Assembly (NCBI GenBank): GCA_963704705.1
Contig: OY969931.1
Location: 1,290,001-1,322,000, forward strand
DNA from: an uncultured bacterium
Lineage (GTDB): Bacteria > Patescibacteriota > Gracilibacteria > UBA1369 > PNNO01
Direction: 5' to 3'
DNA: 32,000 nucleotides
Shown: piece after piece, positions 18,035-27,185 of the stretch
How the letters are laid out: the number at the start of each line of letters is the position of its first letter
Position numbering within the stretch: the first letter of the stretch is position 1
Position numbers and translations under genes: made by a program
Notes under the pieces: generated by a model
The model's input: only the letters and a program-made list of their open reading frames with translations
Told to the model about the DNA's origin: nothing
Database searches by the model: none

Positions 18035-18063
18035 TTGACATTCTATTCAAACTTCATTAATAT
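18035..18063 (+). promoter_or_regulatory. Predicted promoter TTGACA-N17-TAATAT for the sdpRI-like operon
   Basis: TTGACA 18035-18040, TAATAT 18058-18063, 17-nt spacer. Confidence 0.85.
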
Positions 18064-18090
18064 TTAGACAATCATCTAAATATCTAAATA
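18060..18090. promoter_or_regulatory. Candidate operator overlapping the -10 box
   Basis: Perfect 9-bp inverted repeat ATATTTAGA-CAATCA-TCTAAATAT (18060-18083) plus an additional TCTAAATA unit (18083-18090). Confidence 0.75.
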
Positions 18091-18102
18091 TAAACACGCA
18101 AT

Positions 18103-18369
18103 ATGATGGACGCAGTATTCAAAGCACTTTCCGATCCAAATCGTCGAAAAATACTTACTCTACTTAAAAAAGAGGACATGCCGGTAGGCAAAATTCACAA
18201 AAAATTCAAAATTACAATGGCTTCCCTTTCACATCATTTAGATATTTTAAAACGAGCTAACCTGGTTGTTTCGGAACGCCATGGGCAGCAAATTGTATAT
18301 TCGTTAAACACTTCTGTTTTTGAGGAAGTTATGAAAACATTCATGCAATTTTTTAACCAATCCAAATAA
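18103..18369 (+). CDS. sdpR: ArsR-family HTH autorepressor, SdpR-like
   Basis: MMDAVFKALSDPNRRKILTLLKKEDMPVGKIHKKFKITMASLSHHLDILKRANLVVSERHGQQIVYSLN. Located directly upstream of an SdpI-like gene. Confidence 0.88.
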   Translation: MMDAVFKALSDPNRRKILTLLKKEDMPVGKIHKKFKITMASLSHHLDILKRANLVVSERHGQQIVYSLNTSVFEEVMKTFMQFFNQSK

Positions 18370-19025
18370 TGAAAAAAGTAGTTAAATTTTCATGGCCCAT
18401 ATTTATTACTCAAATTTGTATAGTCATTTCAATGCTTGTTGTTGCATTGATTTTATGGCCGCGTTTGCCTGAAATGATGCCTTCCCACTGGAACGTAAAT
18501 GGAGAAATCGACAGCTATATGAACAAAACAACTTGGGTATGGTTATTTCCCGGGATAACATTTCTTCTAGCTTTGATGTTTCCTTTTTTAAGCAGAATCG
18601 ATCCGAAAAAAGAAAAATATACTCTTTTTAGACGCCCATGGTTAATTCTTCAAATGGTTTTTGTTGTATTTTTTGCATACATGTACTTTATTTCGCTTTA
18701 TATTTCATTACATCCTGAGGTTTTAATCACGCCGTTTATTATTGGCGGACTTGGTGTAATGTTTACATTAATTGGTAATTATTTGGGTAAAGTACGCCAA
18801 AACTGGTTTATTGGCATTCGCACACCATGGACATTGGACAATGAAGAAGTCTGGAATAAAACGCAGCGTCTTGGAGGTTTGCTCTTTACAATAAGCGGTT
18901 TAATAATTTTTGCAGAAGCATTTATCGGATGGCTGCTTCCATGGGTGGTAGGTATATCAATTGCAATCGCAGCAATAGTTCCGATTGTTTATTCTTACTT
19001 TTTATATCGCACTCTGAAAAAATAA
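18369..19025 (+). CDS. sdpI: SdpI/DUF1648-family membrane protein
   Basis: LPEMMPSHWNVNGEIDSYMNKTTWVWLFPG and GNYLGKVRQNWFIGIRTPWTLDNEEVWNKTQRLGG are characteristic of SdpI/DUF1648 proteins. Confidence 0.9.
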   Translation: MKKVVKFSWPIFITQICIVISMLVVALILWPRLPEMMPSHWNVNGEIDSYMNKTTWVWLFPGITFLLALMFPFLSRIDPKKEKYTLFRRPWLILQMVFVVFFAYMYFISLYISLHPEVLITPFIIGGLGVMFTLIGNYLGKVRQNWFIGIRTPWTLDNEEVWNKTQRLGGLLFTISGLIIFAEAFIGWLLPWVVGISIAIAAIVPIVYSYFLYRTLKK

Positions 19026-19233
19026 TCCTGCCATTCTTTTTGTAATATTTTAGCTTATTTATGCTTTTAATTAATGGTTGAATCATGTTTAAGGCCTTGG
19101 TTTTTCATACCTGGCTCTTAATCGTGTTCCTTGAAAACCCGGCTGGTAGAAAATGCCTTCTCAATTATGAGAGGGTTTCAAATTTTTGAAGGAATCAAAA
19201 GGAATCAAAACGGAAAGAAAAAGGAGACAGACA

Positions 19234-21030
19234 ATGATGAGCACAAAAAGCATGACTGCGATTGAAGCAGTGGTGGCTGGCAGGTACAGGATCGAAAAGC
19301 AACTCGGCGAAGGAGGTATGAGCAAAGTCTTTCTGGCTGAAGATCAAAACGTCTTCGGCAAGAAAGTGGCCATCAAGGTCATGTCGCTCGAAGACTCGGC
19401 TCTTTCGGATCGCTTCGTAGAAGAAGCCAGAGGCCAGGCTCACTTGGACCATGACAACATCTGCGGAGTTAGAGACACGGTCAAGGGTCCTAACGGCAAG
19501 CTGAAGTACATCGTGATGGACTTCATCCCCGGGGAAAGTTTCCAAGACTTCATCCAAAGGAATCGTGCCGAAATTCACAACCCCGCGACCCAAAAGATCA
19601 TGCTGCAAATCGTGATCGAATCCAGCAACGCGCTTCAGTATGCGCATATGGCAAAACTGCCCGGCCGTAAGGAAGTAGGCATCATTCACCGCGACATCAA
19701 ACCGGAAAACATCATGTTGAAGGACATCGGTGATGGCCGCCTTTCCCCTGTGCTGGTCGATTTCGGCCTCTGCAGAATTGGTATGGGAGTCGGCTACACT
19801 TCGGATTCGCGTATTTTCGGAACCCCGATCTACTCGAGCCCCGAGCAACTGCTGCATCCGACATCCGTCACCTATCTCACGGACATCTTCTCGATGGGGA
19901 TGATCCTGTTCTGGATCTTCGCCGGAGAGAGGTTCTATGACGCGGAGGAGGAGCTGAGTGCATTTGGTATTATTCCATATTATCAAAAGCACCGTGAAGA
20001 GAGACTTCAGCTGATTCGCGACTCAGCGGCACTGGCGATTGTTTCCAAAGCAATCGCTGAACATCCGATGGATCGCTATCAATCTGCTGCTGAACTGGCG
20101 AACGACTTGCAGGTATTTTTGGATAATAAGCCTGCACAGCCCAGCCATCAGGGAATTGTCACTCAATCTCCCACTCTTCACTACTCGAGCAGGCCCACCC
20201 TTAAACCCAGTGGTATCGCAAACACCCTGGTTTCTCAGCCGCTGCCAAAACCAGTGGTTGAAAAGCCCGAAAGCCCTAATGGCCCTGCTAAGCGCTCAAA
20301 AGTGAGCGTACTTGCAGGAGTCGTGGCAGTGGTGCTGGCGCTGGCGGGTCTGATCGGATGGACGGTTTACTTCTCTTCCAGAGGAAGCAACAAAAGCGCC
20401 AAAAGCAGCGATGCGAAAGCATTGATCGGTAAGGCTTCGGTGCCAAAGCCTGCTGCTCCTGTGAAAAAGCCCGTGGAGCAAAAAACAGTAATGCATAGCC
20501 CTCCCAAGGTCACTGTGCAGAAACCTTTGCAGGCAAAGAAACTGTTCGCCAAGTGGGAAGACGAATGTCAAAACACAGACTCCCGGCGAGACTACTTCAA
20601 GACTACGCCCAGTCTGCACTCCGTTTGCATCAGGCAAAAAAAGGCCATCCCCTACATCATAAAGAACAAGACCTTTGCAGTGGGAAGGCTCATCGTAAAG
20701 CTGCTCAGGGCAAAATTCTGCACCGGCTACAACTTAAAATACGATAAAAGTATGAAGAAAGAGTGCAGAAGAATTGCCCACTTACTAATTGACATTGAGG
20801 CGTGGCAAAAGCTACACACGTGTCAATTGGCCCTGACTGCGCTCATGAAAAAAGGAGACGCAAAAGAACAGGGTCTTCCCGGTAAGTGCAAACAGGTGCG
20901 ATGGTACCTCGATCCCAAGCCCACGGTCGTCAAGCAGTGTCAGCAAGCCTACAAAAGAAACGTAGTAAAAAAGCTCCCTGACAATTGCAAGGCCATCTTC
21001 AAGTCTTTTCCTGCCCTGATTCCCCGATAA
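19234..21030 (+). CDS. PknB-type Ser/Thr protein kinase with one TM helix and Cys-containing extracytoplasmic domain; GC-rich
   Basis: VAIKVM, IIHRDIKPENIML, LVDFGL, GTPIYSSPEQL. TM segment VSVLAGVVAVVLALAGLIGWTVYFSS. AAGGAG 7 nt before ATG 19234. Confidence 0.92.
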   Translation: MMSTKSMTAIEAVVAGRYRIEKQLGEGGMSKVFLAEDQNVFGKKVAIKVMSLEDSALSDRFVEEARGQAHLDHDNICGVRDTVKGPNGKLKYIVMDFIPGESFQDFIQRNRAEIHNPATQKIMLQIVIESSNALQYAHMAKLPGRKEVGIIHRDIKPENIMLKDIGDGRLSPVLVDFGLCRIGMGVGYTSDSRIFGTPIYSSPEQLLHPTSVTYLTDIFSMGMILFWIFAGERFYDAEEELSAFGIIPYYQKHREERLQLIRDSAALAIVSKAIAEHPMDRYQSAAELANDLQVFLDNKPAQPSHQGIVTQSPTLHYSSRPTLKPSGIANTLVSQPLPKPVVEKPESPNGPAKRSKVSVLAGVVAVVLALAGLIGWTVYFSSRGSNKSAKSSDAKALIGKASVPKPAAPVKKPVEQKTVMHSPPKVTVQKPLQAKKLFAKWEDECQNTDSRRDYFKTTPSLHSVCIRQKKAIPYIIKNKTFAVGRLIVKLLRAKFCTGYNLKYDKSMKKECRRIAHLLIDIEAWQKLHTCQLALTALMKKGDAKEQGLPGKCKQVRWYLDPKPTVVKQCQQAYKRNVVKKLPDNCKAIFKSFPALIPR

Positions 21031-21087
21031 CACACCAAAAAATCCTTCCAATTTGGCTATTCTACCAGCCAAATCCCCCTTTTCAAA

Positions 21088-22293
21088 TTAAGCCATACCA
21101 TAATCGTCACTGACAATTTTGCCGCGAAGTTTTTGAAAATTATCTGCCAGCATTTTAGCGTAATTGTATAAAGTGTCGCTGCCGTCGTTTTTGGCCATTT
21201 GAATTGCAGCTTCATTAGTAAAATTGATATATTTTTCAGGTTTGAATGTTTTTTGTGCAGCCAGATCGCCTTTCTGCACGGCATCAAATGCCTTTGTGTA
21301 ATATGAACTTTTTTTAAGTGACGCTAAAAATTTCTGTTCAGGAAAATTCTTAGGTTTTAGCTTTAAATAGGGCTTAAGCGCATTGTCAAGCTGTATCTTG
21401 TTAGCATATTGAAATGCGTTGAGTGTCATTTTTTCCCAATATTGCCTTAAAGGATTTGGTTTTGATGCAAGTTGTAAAATTTTATCAGGATCCGATTGCA
21501 TAATAATTTTCTCTGCTTCTTTATAATTGGCACTTTGTTTTATGGCGTTTTCAGCTCCCGCTTGTAGATTATTGGTCCTTAAATAAGGAACGGCTTCACC
21601 GCTAACTGAAGGAAAATTCTCAAGATCTGTTATCATATCCTGCCTTTTTACTTCAGCTTTCATGACTTTTTCCGAATAGTCAAACATTGGTTTAAACATG
21701 CTATAGTCACGATACATTGCATTAATTTCATCCGGAGAAGCTTTTTTTATTTTTTCCAGCAACTTGTTATAAAGCGGACTCATTTGCACTGCCATACTTG
21801 CTCTTACAAATGCCGGTTCCGGCATGTCTCTTTCCTTCGTTAAAATATAACCTCCGGAACTGCCATTAAGTTTCTCGAATAATTCAGTTCTTTTTCTCTC
21901 TACATCAACCAGTCTTTCAAGTTTTGAATTTGTTTTCCTCCATTCATCCAAAGTGGATTTTAAAGTGCTTTTAAATTTTTCCAACGAAGCCTTTAATTGC
22001 ATCAAATTCATCCCGGGTTTTATTTCAAGACCTTTTAACAAATACAAAGAGCCGAAGCCTTTATTTGAAAGTGAAGCCAATTTATCAAATACTTCTTTAT
22101 ATTTGGGATTTTTTAAGAGCTCGCGAAAATCAACCTTCTCATCTGATAATGTTTCTTCAAGTCGCTCCATTGATCCGTATTTTTTAACATAAGAATCAAA
22201 TTTTTCATAACTCTTTGAAACCTGACCTTTTTCAGCTTTTAATAAGTCAACTTGAGTTGGTTTTTCCTGTGGTTTTGGTTTTTCTTTATTCAT
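21088..22293 (-). CDS. Hypothetical charged helical protein
   Basis: 401-aa ORF. Upstream neighbour in the same direction ends 2 nt away. Confidence 0.75.
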   Translation of the reverse strand: MNKEKPKPQEKPTQVDLLKAEKGQVSKSYEKFDSYVKKYGSMERLEETLSDEKVDFRELLKNPKYKEVFDKLASLSNKGFGSLYLLKGLEIKPGMNLMQLKASLEKFKSTLKSTLDEWRKTNSKLERLVDVERKRTELFEKLNGSSGGYILTKERDMPEPAFVRASMAVQMSPLYNKLLEKIKKASPDEINAMYRDYSMFKPMFDYSEKVMKAEVKRQDMITDLENFPSVSGEAVPYLRTNNLQAGAENAIKQSANYKEAEKIIMQSDPDKILQLASKPNPLRQYWEKMTLNAFQYANKIQLDNALKPYLKLKPKNFPEQKFLASLKKSSYYTKAFDAVQKGDLAAQKTFKPEKYINFTNEAAIQMAKNDGSDTLYNYAKMLADNFQKLRGKIVSDDYGMA

Positions 22294-22295
22294 AA

Positions 22296-22706
22296 TTAGT
22301 TTAATTGATCTAATATCGCTTCAAGTGCATTTACAGTTTTTTCAGTGCCCTTCTGTTCTTTTTCTTCTTTATCCTGAAGCATAATACGATTTAATTTGCT
22401 TATATTTTCCTCATATTCCGCACTTTCTTCATCAATAACTTTAGCCTGCTGAATCGCGGTTTCAGGCGTAAGAGGCTTAATGGAATCAATCGCTTTTTGC
22501 GCTTCCTGTTGCTCTGTTTCAAAAATCTTAATAAGATCTTTTTCAGCATTTGGGTCACTATGCGAAACACTGGCCAAAATTAAGATATCAAGCTTCTCGC
22601 TGTCATCCATTGTTAAAAAAGAATATGACTCCTCAATAAGCTTTTTTAATTTGTCGTTTTTTATCTGGTCAAAATAAAATCGTTGAATTGTATTTAAATT
22701 TTTCAT
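22296..22706 (-). CDS. Hypothetical acidic helical protein
   Basis: 136-aa ORF, 2 nt from the next gene in the same direction. Confidence 0.7.
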   Translation of the reverse strand: MKNLNTIQRFYFDQIKNDKLKKLIEESYSFLTMDDSEKLDILILASVSHSDPNAEKDLIKIFETEQQEAQKAIDSIKPLTPETAIQQAKVIDEESAEYEENISKLNRIMLQDKEEKEQKGTEKTVNALEAILDQLN

Positions 22707-22781
22707 TTTTTATATTTATTTTTCTATCTATTATACCAAAAAAGCGTACTTTTATCAATAACGAAGCTTTTATAAAAAAAT

Positions 22782-22961
22782 TTAATTATCACCGCCTTCA
22801 TCCATTCGTCTTAGAGCATCCTGAACTGCTGCCTGGATTCCGTCTTTTATTCCATCAGCTTTCCATTCTCTTCTTCTTGGTCGTTGAAGTCTTTTTTGAG
22901 TATCCCTGGCTTCACGGGGTCTATTATCGGGATCATCTGAAAATAAATCTATAAAGCGCAT
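22782..22961 (-). CDS. Hypothetical small protein (59 aa, missing from ORF track)
   Basis: MRFIDLFSDDPDNRPREARDTQKRLQRPRRREWKADGIKDGIQAAVQDALRRMDEGGDN*. Sits between two same-strand genes. Confidence 0.55.
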   Translation of the reverse strand: MRFIDLFSDDPDNRPREARDTQKRLQRPRRREWKADGIKDGIQAAVQDALRRMDEGGDN

Positions 22962-23051
22962 ATTTTATTTTTAATTATACATTAATTACTTCATAAGCAA
23001 ATTATAGCATATATTGTATGTTGATGCAAGTTTAATGAAATTCGCATAAAA

Positions 23052-26000
23052 TTAAACCTCCCAAAGAAAATCCAATCCATCATCCGGATAAAGAGCGTCT
23101 TGTACAAATTCAATAAAGCCTGGTGAAAAGTCTTTGTCTGATTGCTCCGCTAAAAATTGTTTAATTTTAAAGTCTTCTTCAGGATCGTCATCACGGCCTA
23201 TTTCTTTAGCATAAAATTCTTTTAATCTGTCGCTGATTCTTAAAATATTTAATAGAAACATCATTTTTTCATCCAATACTTCGTCCTCAGTTAAATCAAT
23301 TTGTGCGTCATGGTGATGTTTTGCCATAATCAACACATCATTAAATTCACTTGTTCCAAGCATGCCACGTAAAATTTCATACCCAACCTGAACGTGTCTT
23401 TGTTTTTTTACTTTTTCAAATGCAAGCAATTCAGCCTCAGGCTTATCAAAAGAATATGTATCAATGGCGGCCATACCCGCATCATAAAGAGCTGCAATAT
23501 GGTCAGCGTCTTCAATATTTATTGTAAAATGTAATCTGAGATTATAGGAAGCAACAAGTTTTTTATAAAATTTTTCGCGCATTTTTTTATTCTCAATTTT
23601 AATACCGGTTGGCAATAAATCTTCGATAATTACACATGCTCTCGTTAATATTTCTCTTTTCAAAGACACCTTAAACCTGTCATCTTTAACGGATTCAAGT
23701 TTTTTTCTATAATCACAAGCAGCAAACAAATTAAAAATATGGTTGGCAAAACCCGGTAACAACCCCAGAACTTCTTTTGGAATTGGAAGTTCGCTTTGAA
23801 TTCCCAAAACCAGGCTGCTGTTTTCCGGAACTTTGATAACAGTTTTATACATACCATCTCGTGCATAATCATTCTTTACAAATGTGCCTGTCGGAAGATT
23901 GCTGTTATCAGAAAATACGTTAACAGAAACAATATGCGGCACAAATTCTTTGGCTATTTTTTCAAATTCTGCAGTAATAGTTTTTCTGTAGCCCTCAAGA
24001 TTTTCGATTTTATCAGAACTTAAAACCTGACAAAATGCTCTATTCCACTGGCCTTTTCTGAATTCCTTGGCTTCTCTGTCAATTACAGGTAAAACAGTTT
24101 CATTCTTATTTGCGGAATCAGAAATTGCAAAATTGAGAAACTTTAATTTCGCATAAGCTCTTCTAATCTCATTGTGTAAAGTCGTGGATTCATCTCCAAG
24201 ATCCTGAAGCATATTAAATGCGCTGCAAAGATAATCTCTGGCTTTATCAAAAAAAATATACGGCTCTACTTCAACATTAATTTCTCCACCCTCTAAAAGT
24301 TTGTCTTTCATTAATTCAATTTTTTCAATATAAACCCATCCGAGTATTATATTAATTTCAACTATTTGCCTGAAATATGCACCCTTTGGCATTTCTGCAT
24401 AACCTGATAACAATTGTTCAATACGATCCAATTGTCCTGTTGGTGAAGAATCATCCAGAATTTCCAGGATACTTTCATGGGAATCCTTTCTGGTTGTCTC
24501 CCCTGTCTCCTCATCTTCATTGTCTTTCGAATGAAAATATTCATACAAAAGAAGCCTTGCTTCCAGTATTACAAGCCATTTTTTTGACATATGGTTTGTT
24601 GAACCAATATTCTCCGGCATATACATTTTCGCCAATTCCAGATCTTTTCTCATTTGCTGCATAAATTTCTTTTCCCATTCCATATATTTATCATCTTTCC
24701 TTAATTCTCTTCTTTTTGCCTCGGTTTGTTCATATACATTTGTAGGCACAAAGTCTCTAACCAAACTGTTTAAAGCCTCGTCATTCTCATCAGGAATTGT
24801 AAGGACGGGAAAACGATTCACGAGTCCTTCAATTGCATTGGTTGTTTTTTCAGAAAAATCATCGCCAACTCTTGAAATTTCGACTCCTGCCAAATCCGTA
24901 ACATCATATTGAGTATGAGCAACATCTGTATCTTCAGAACCCTGTTTTTTTCTGTTAAAAAACGAAACCGGATTCAATTGCGATAAAACGAGACCTTCAT
25001 TATAACGCATATCCAAAAGGTATTTTCTTGCGATTATTGCTCTTTTTAAATGATTATAAAAAACAACTTTTGTAGGCTCTTTAAGTTTTTCAGATGCATC
25101 TGAAATTTTGTCCAAGCCCGTAAGTGCTCTTTCATAGTTATCAATATTCATCAAAGCTTCCGTTGAATAAACATCCAACAACAATTCCATTGCCTGTGCA
25201 GCAGCATTTTGATTCATCTGATTAACAGCTTCATCGTCACTTTCCTGAACCAATGAAGTTTTAATGTTATCCCATAGCATATCTATATCTTTACTTTGGA
25301 AAGCCCAATTTGAGTCAAAAACCTGATCTCTGACATATAGAGCGTAAGTGGCATCCATAATATCCGCATATATACCAAACCATTTCTTAACATAATCTTT
25401 ATATTTTTTAAGATTATGAGCCTTTAGATATTCATCATCCAATGCTTCAAAATTTTCAATAGTCCGAGCTGACGCTTCTCCAAACATTTCCTTACATTCC
25501 TCACCCTCTTTGATCATCATTGTTGAGAAGCCCAAAAACAACTGAGCAGTCTGAAAATAATTACTCAGATAAAAATAAAACATAGCAAGTTTTTCAAGTT
25601 GCTGCTGCGATAATTCATTTTTATCAACATTTAAAATAATGTCTTCAAATCTTTCGATAGCATATCGAAGCTGATTAATATCGGTTGCAGTAAAATCATC
25701 ATTAAAAACACCTGCTATCCCCCTGAATTTATCGTGGATCCCGGAAATATCAATCATCATCTTTTTTAAATAATCTCCAAATATATGCAAATTTTGCATA
25801 ACTTCCGATGGAGTGGACTGAAGCAGAATATTACAATCAAGAATAGCATAAATAAGTGTTGATTCGTGCCATGTGAGTCGTTCATCAATTTCACCTTTTT
25901 GCTTTGCTTCCTGAATAAAAATAAGTGCCTCTTCAAACAACTGTTTTGCGCCGACATGGTCGTTCGCCTGTCTTAGTTTGTGAGCTTGTATGGAATTGTC

Positions 26001-26105
26001 TCTATACACAGCAAACCATTCCGGTTCTGTAGAATTTGGTTGTTTTTCCAAGGGTTTCAGTTTAAATTGAGGGCTCATAATACTGAAAAGAAAGGGGGAA
26101 ATCAA
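23052..26105 (-). CDS. Very large helical-repeat (TPR-like) protein with a degenerate HD-GYP-like C-terminal segment
   Basis: 1017-aa ORF (a downstream start gives MSPQFK... at 26078). C-terminus IAALYDAGMAAIDTYSFDKPEAELLAFEKVKKQRHVQVGYEILRGM...IMAKHHHD...LLNILRISDRLKEFYAK parallels HD-GYP spacing. Confidence 0.75.
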   Translation of the reverse strand: MISPFLFSIMSPQFKLKPLEKQPNSTEPEWFAVYRDNSIQAHKLRQANDHVGAKQLFEEALIFIQEAKQKGEIDERLTWHESTLIYAILDCNILLQSTPSEVMQNLHIFGDYLKKMMIDISGIHDKFRGIAGVFNDDFTATDINQLRYAIERFEDIILNVDKNELSQQQLEKLAMFYFYLSNYFQTAQLFLGFSTMMIKEGEECKEMFGEASARTIENFEALDDEYLKAHNLKKYKDYVKKWFGIYADIMDATYALYVRDQVFDSNWAFQSKDIDMLWDNIKTSLVQESDDEAVNQMNQNAAAQAMELLLDVYSTEALMNIDNYERALTGLDKISDASEKLKEPTKVVFYNHLKRAIIARKYLLDMRYNEGLVLSQLNPVSFFNRKKQGSEDTDVAHTQYDVTDLAGVEISRVGDDFSEKTTNAIEGLVNRFPVLTIPDENDEALNSLVRDFVPTNVYEQTEAKRRELRKDDKYMEWEKKFMQQMRKDLELAKMYMPENIGSTNHMSKKWLVILEARLLLYEYFHSKDNEDEETGETTRKDSHESILEILDDSSPTGQLDRIEQLLSGYAEMPKGAYFRQIVEINIILGWVYIEKIELMKDKLLEGGEINVEVEPYIFFDKARDYLCSAFNMLQDLGDESTTLHNEIRRAYAKLKFLNFAISDSANKNETVLPVIDREAKEFRKGQWNRAFCQVLSSDKIENLEGYRKTITAEFEKIAKEFVPHIVSVNVFSDNSNLPTGTFVKNDYARDGMYKTVIKVPENSSLVLGIQSELPIPKEVLGLLPGFANHIFNLFAACDYRKKLESVKDDRFKVSLKREILTRACVIIEDLLPTGIKIENKKMREKFYKKLVASYNLRLHFTINIEDADHIAALYDAGMAAIDTYSFDKPEAELLAFEKVKKQRHVQVGYEILRGMLGTSEFNDVLIMAKHHHDAQIDLTEDEVLDEKMMFLLNILRISDRLKEFYAKEIGRDDDPEEDFKIKQFLAEQSDKDFSPGFIEFVQDALYPDDGLDFLWEV

Positions 26106-26165
26106 GCTTTTATTGACATGTTAAAAGGTTGTTGATAAATTTATAGCCTGTTTTATAGTTTTACC

Positions 26166-27062
26166 ATGGAAAAACATAAACCAAACGAGGCTCTAAAAGA
26201 AAAACCACAACCTGATAATGGTTTACTGGAAGAAGGTTTTTTGTCGCCTGAATTTGTTGATGAAGTAATGGCTGTTCTTCCGCCTCCTCCGCCACTGGAA
26301 AAAAGACCAGATAAAGCAAAGCCTCCGAAAATCCCTGATATTCTTGCAAGACGACCGGTTAAATCAGAAAGTTTTATACTTTTGATGGATCCGAGAAGGC
26401 CGGGTGTTTATATAGATCTTGCAAATGGCAAATATTCCGAACAAAAATTGCATAAAGCGATGTTTGAACATTTACCGCCCGAAGTTCAGGAATTGATTCG
26501 TTTTTTTATTAATTGCCCTCACACAGCTGCTGTTGCGGATGCGGAATGGGAAGCCCCGCCAAAATTTAAATTTAGTTACACTTTGCTTTCCGGTTTTGAT
26601 AATAAAGATTTATTAAATGGAATTTTTGCTAATAAAGCTTTGTATAATAATGGAATTAGATTCAGAGCAGTTTCCTCTGAACTTAAAAATCTTCCTCAAA
26701 CACTTACTAAAGGTTTAAAGGGATTCATGGATATTGCAGTTATTGAAGAGCTTTCAATAAAAATCAAAGAACTTATAGATATTTTGCTTTTTGCTGAAAA
26801 AGGCTCTAGAGAATACGACATAACCCTAAACGAACTTCATTATCTTCCTAAGGGAATGGCTGACAAAATCACGGAATTACTTAAAGAGGTAAAAGAAGTC
26901 GAACTCGACCATGAACGGGAAGAACTCTGCACAATCGAACTCGATTACCCTTATTGCAAGCCAAAACAAGTCCGGAATTACCTTGTTCCCTGGAAAATTC
27001 TCAAAAGACGTAAATATCAAAAGTTGCTTGCTAAAATTCTGGAAGAGCTTGGGGAGATTTAG
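26166..27062 (+). CDS. Hypothetical Pro-rich/charged protein, divergent from the 21088-26105 cluster
   Basis: 298-aa ORF with a PPPPPLEKRPDKAKPPKIPDILARRP segment then a folded-looking C-terminal region. Confidence 0.7.
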   Translation: MEKHKPNEALKEKPQPDNGLLEEGFLSPEFVDEVMAVLPPPPPLEKRPDKAKPPKIPDILARRPVKSESFILLMDPRRPGVYIDLANGKYSEQKLHKAMFEHLPPEVQELIRFFINCPHTAAVADAEWEAPPKFKFSYTLLSGFDNKDLLNGIFANKALYNNGIRFRAVSSELKNLPQTLTKGLKGFMDIAVIEELSIKIKELIDILLFAEKGSREYDITLNELHYLPKGMADKITELLKEVKEVELDHEREELCTIELDYPYCKPKQVRNYLVPWKILKRRKYQKLLAKILEELGEI

Positions 27063-27065
27063 GAT

Positions 27066-27099
27066 AGTTACTTAGTAAGCCCCCCCTTACTTAGTAACT
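27066..27099. repeat. Duplicated odd palindrome TTACTTAGTAA flanking a C7 run; also a 14-bp hairpin with one mismatch
   Basis: TTACTTAGTAA at 27068-27078 and 27087-27097. Arms 27066-27079 and 27086-27099 pair. Confidence 0.8.
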
Positions 27100-27185
27100 A
27101 AAATTTTGTATCGCGGAAACATTTACTAATGCGCACTTTTCGAGTAAAATATTTCCGCATATCCATGCGTGTCTAACAGGAAAAA

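Noticed and set aside
19195-19992. Minus-strand 265-aa ORF opposite the kinase
   Set aside because: The sense frame has clear kinase motifs. Long antisense ORFs are expected in GC-rich DNA.
20296-20747. ORFs 20296-20637(-), 20367-20552(-), 20553-20747(+)
   Set aside because: Shadow frames inside the kinase linker and C-terminal domain.
22688-22954. Plus-strand 88-aa ORF
   Set aside because: Antisense to the 59-aa minus-strand ORF that fits the direction and spacing of the surrounding cluster. No family signal.
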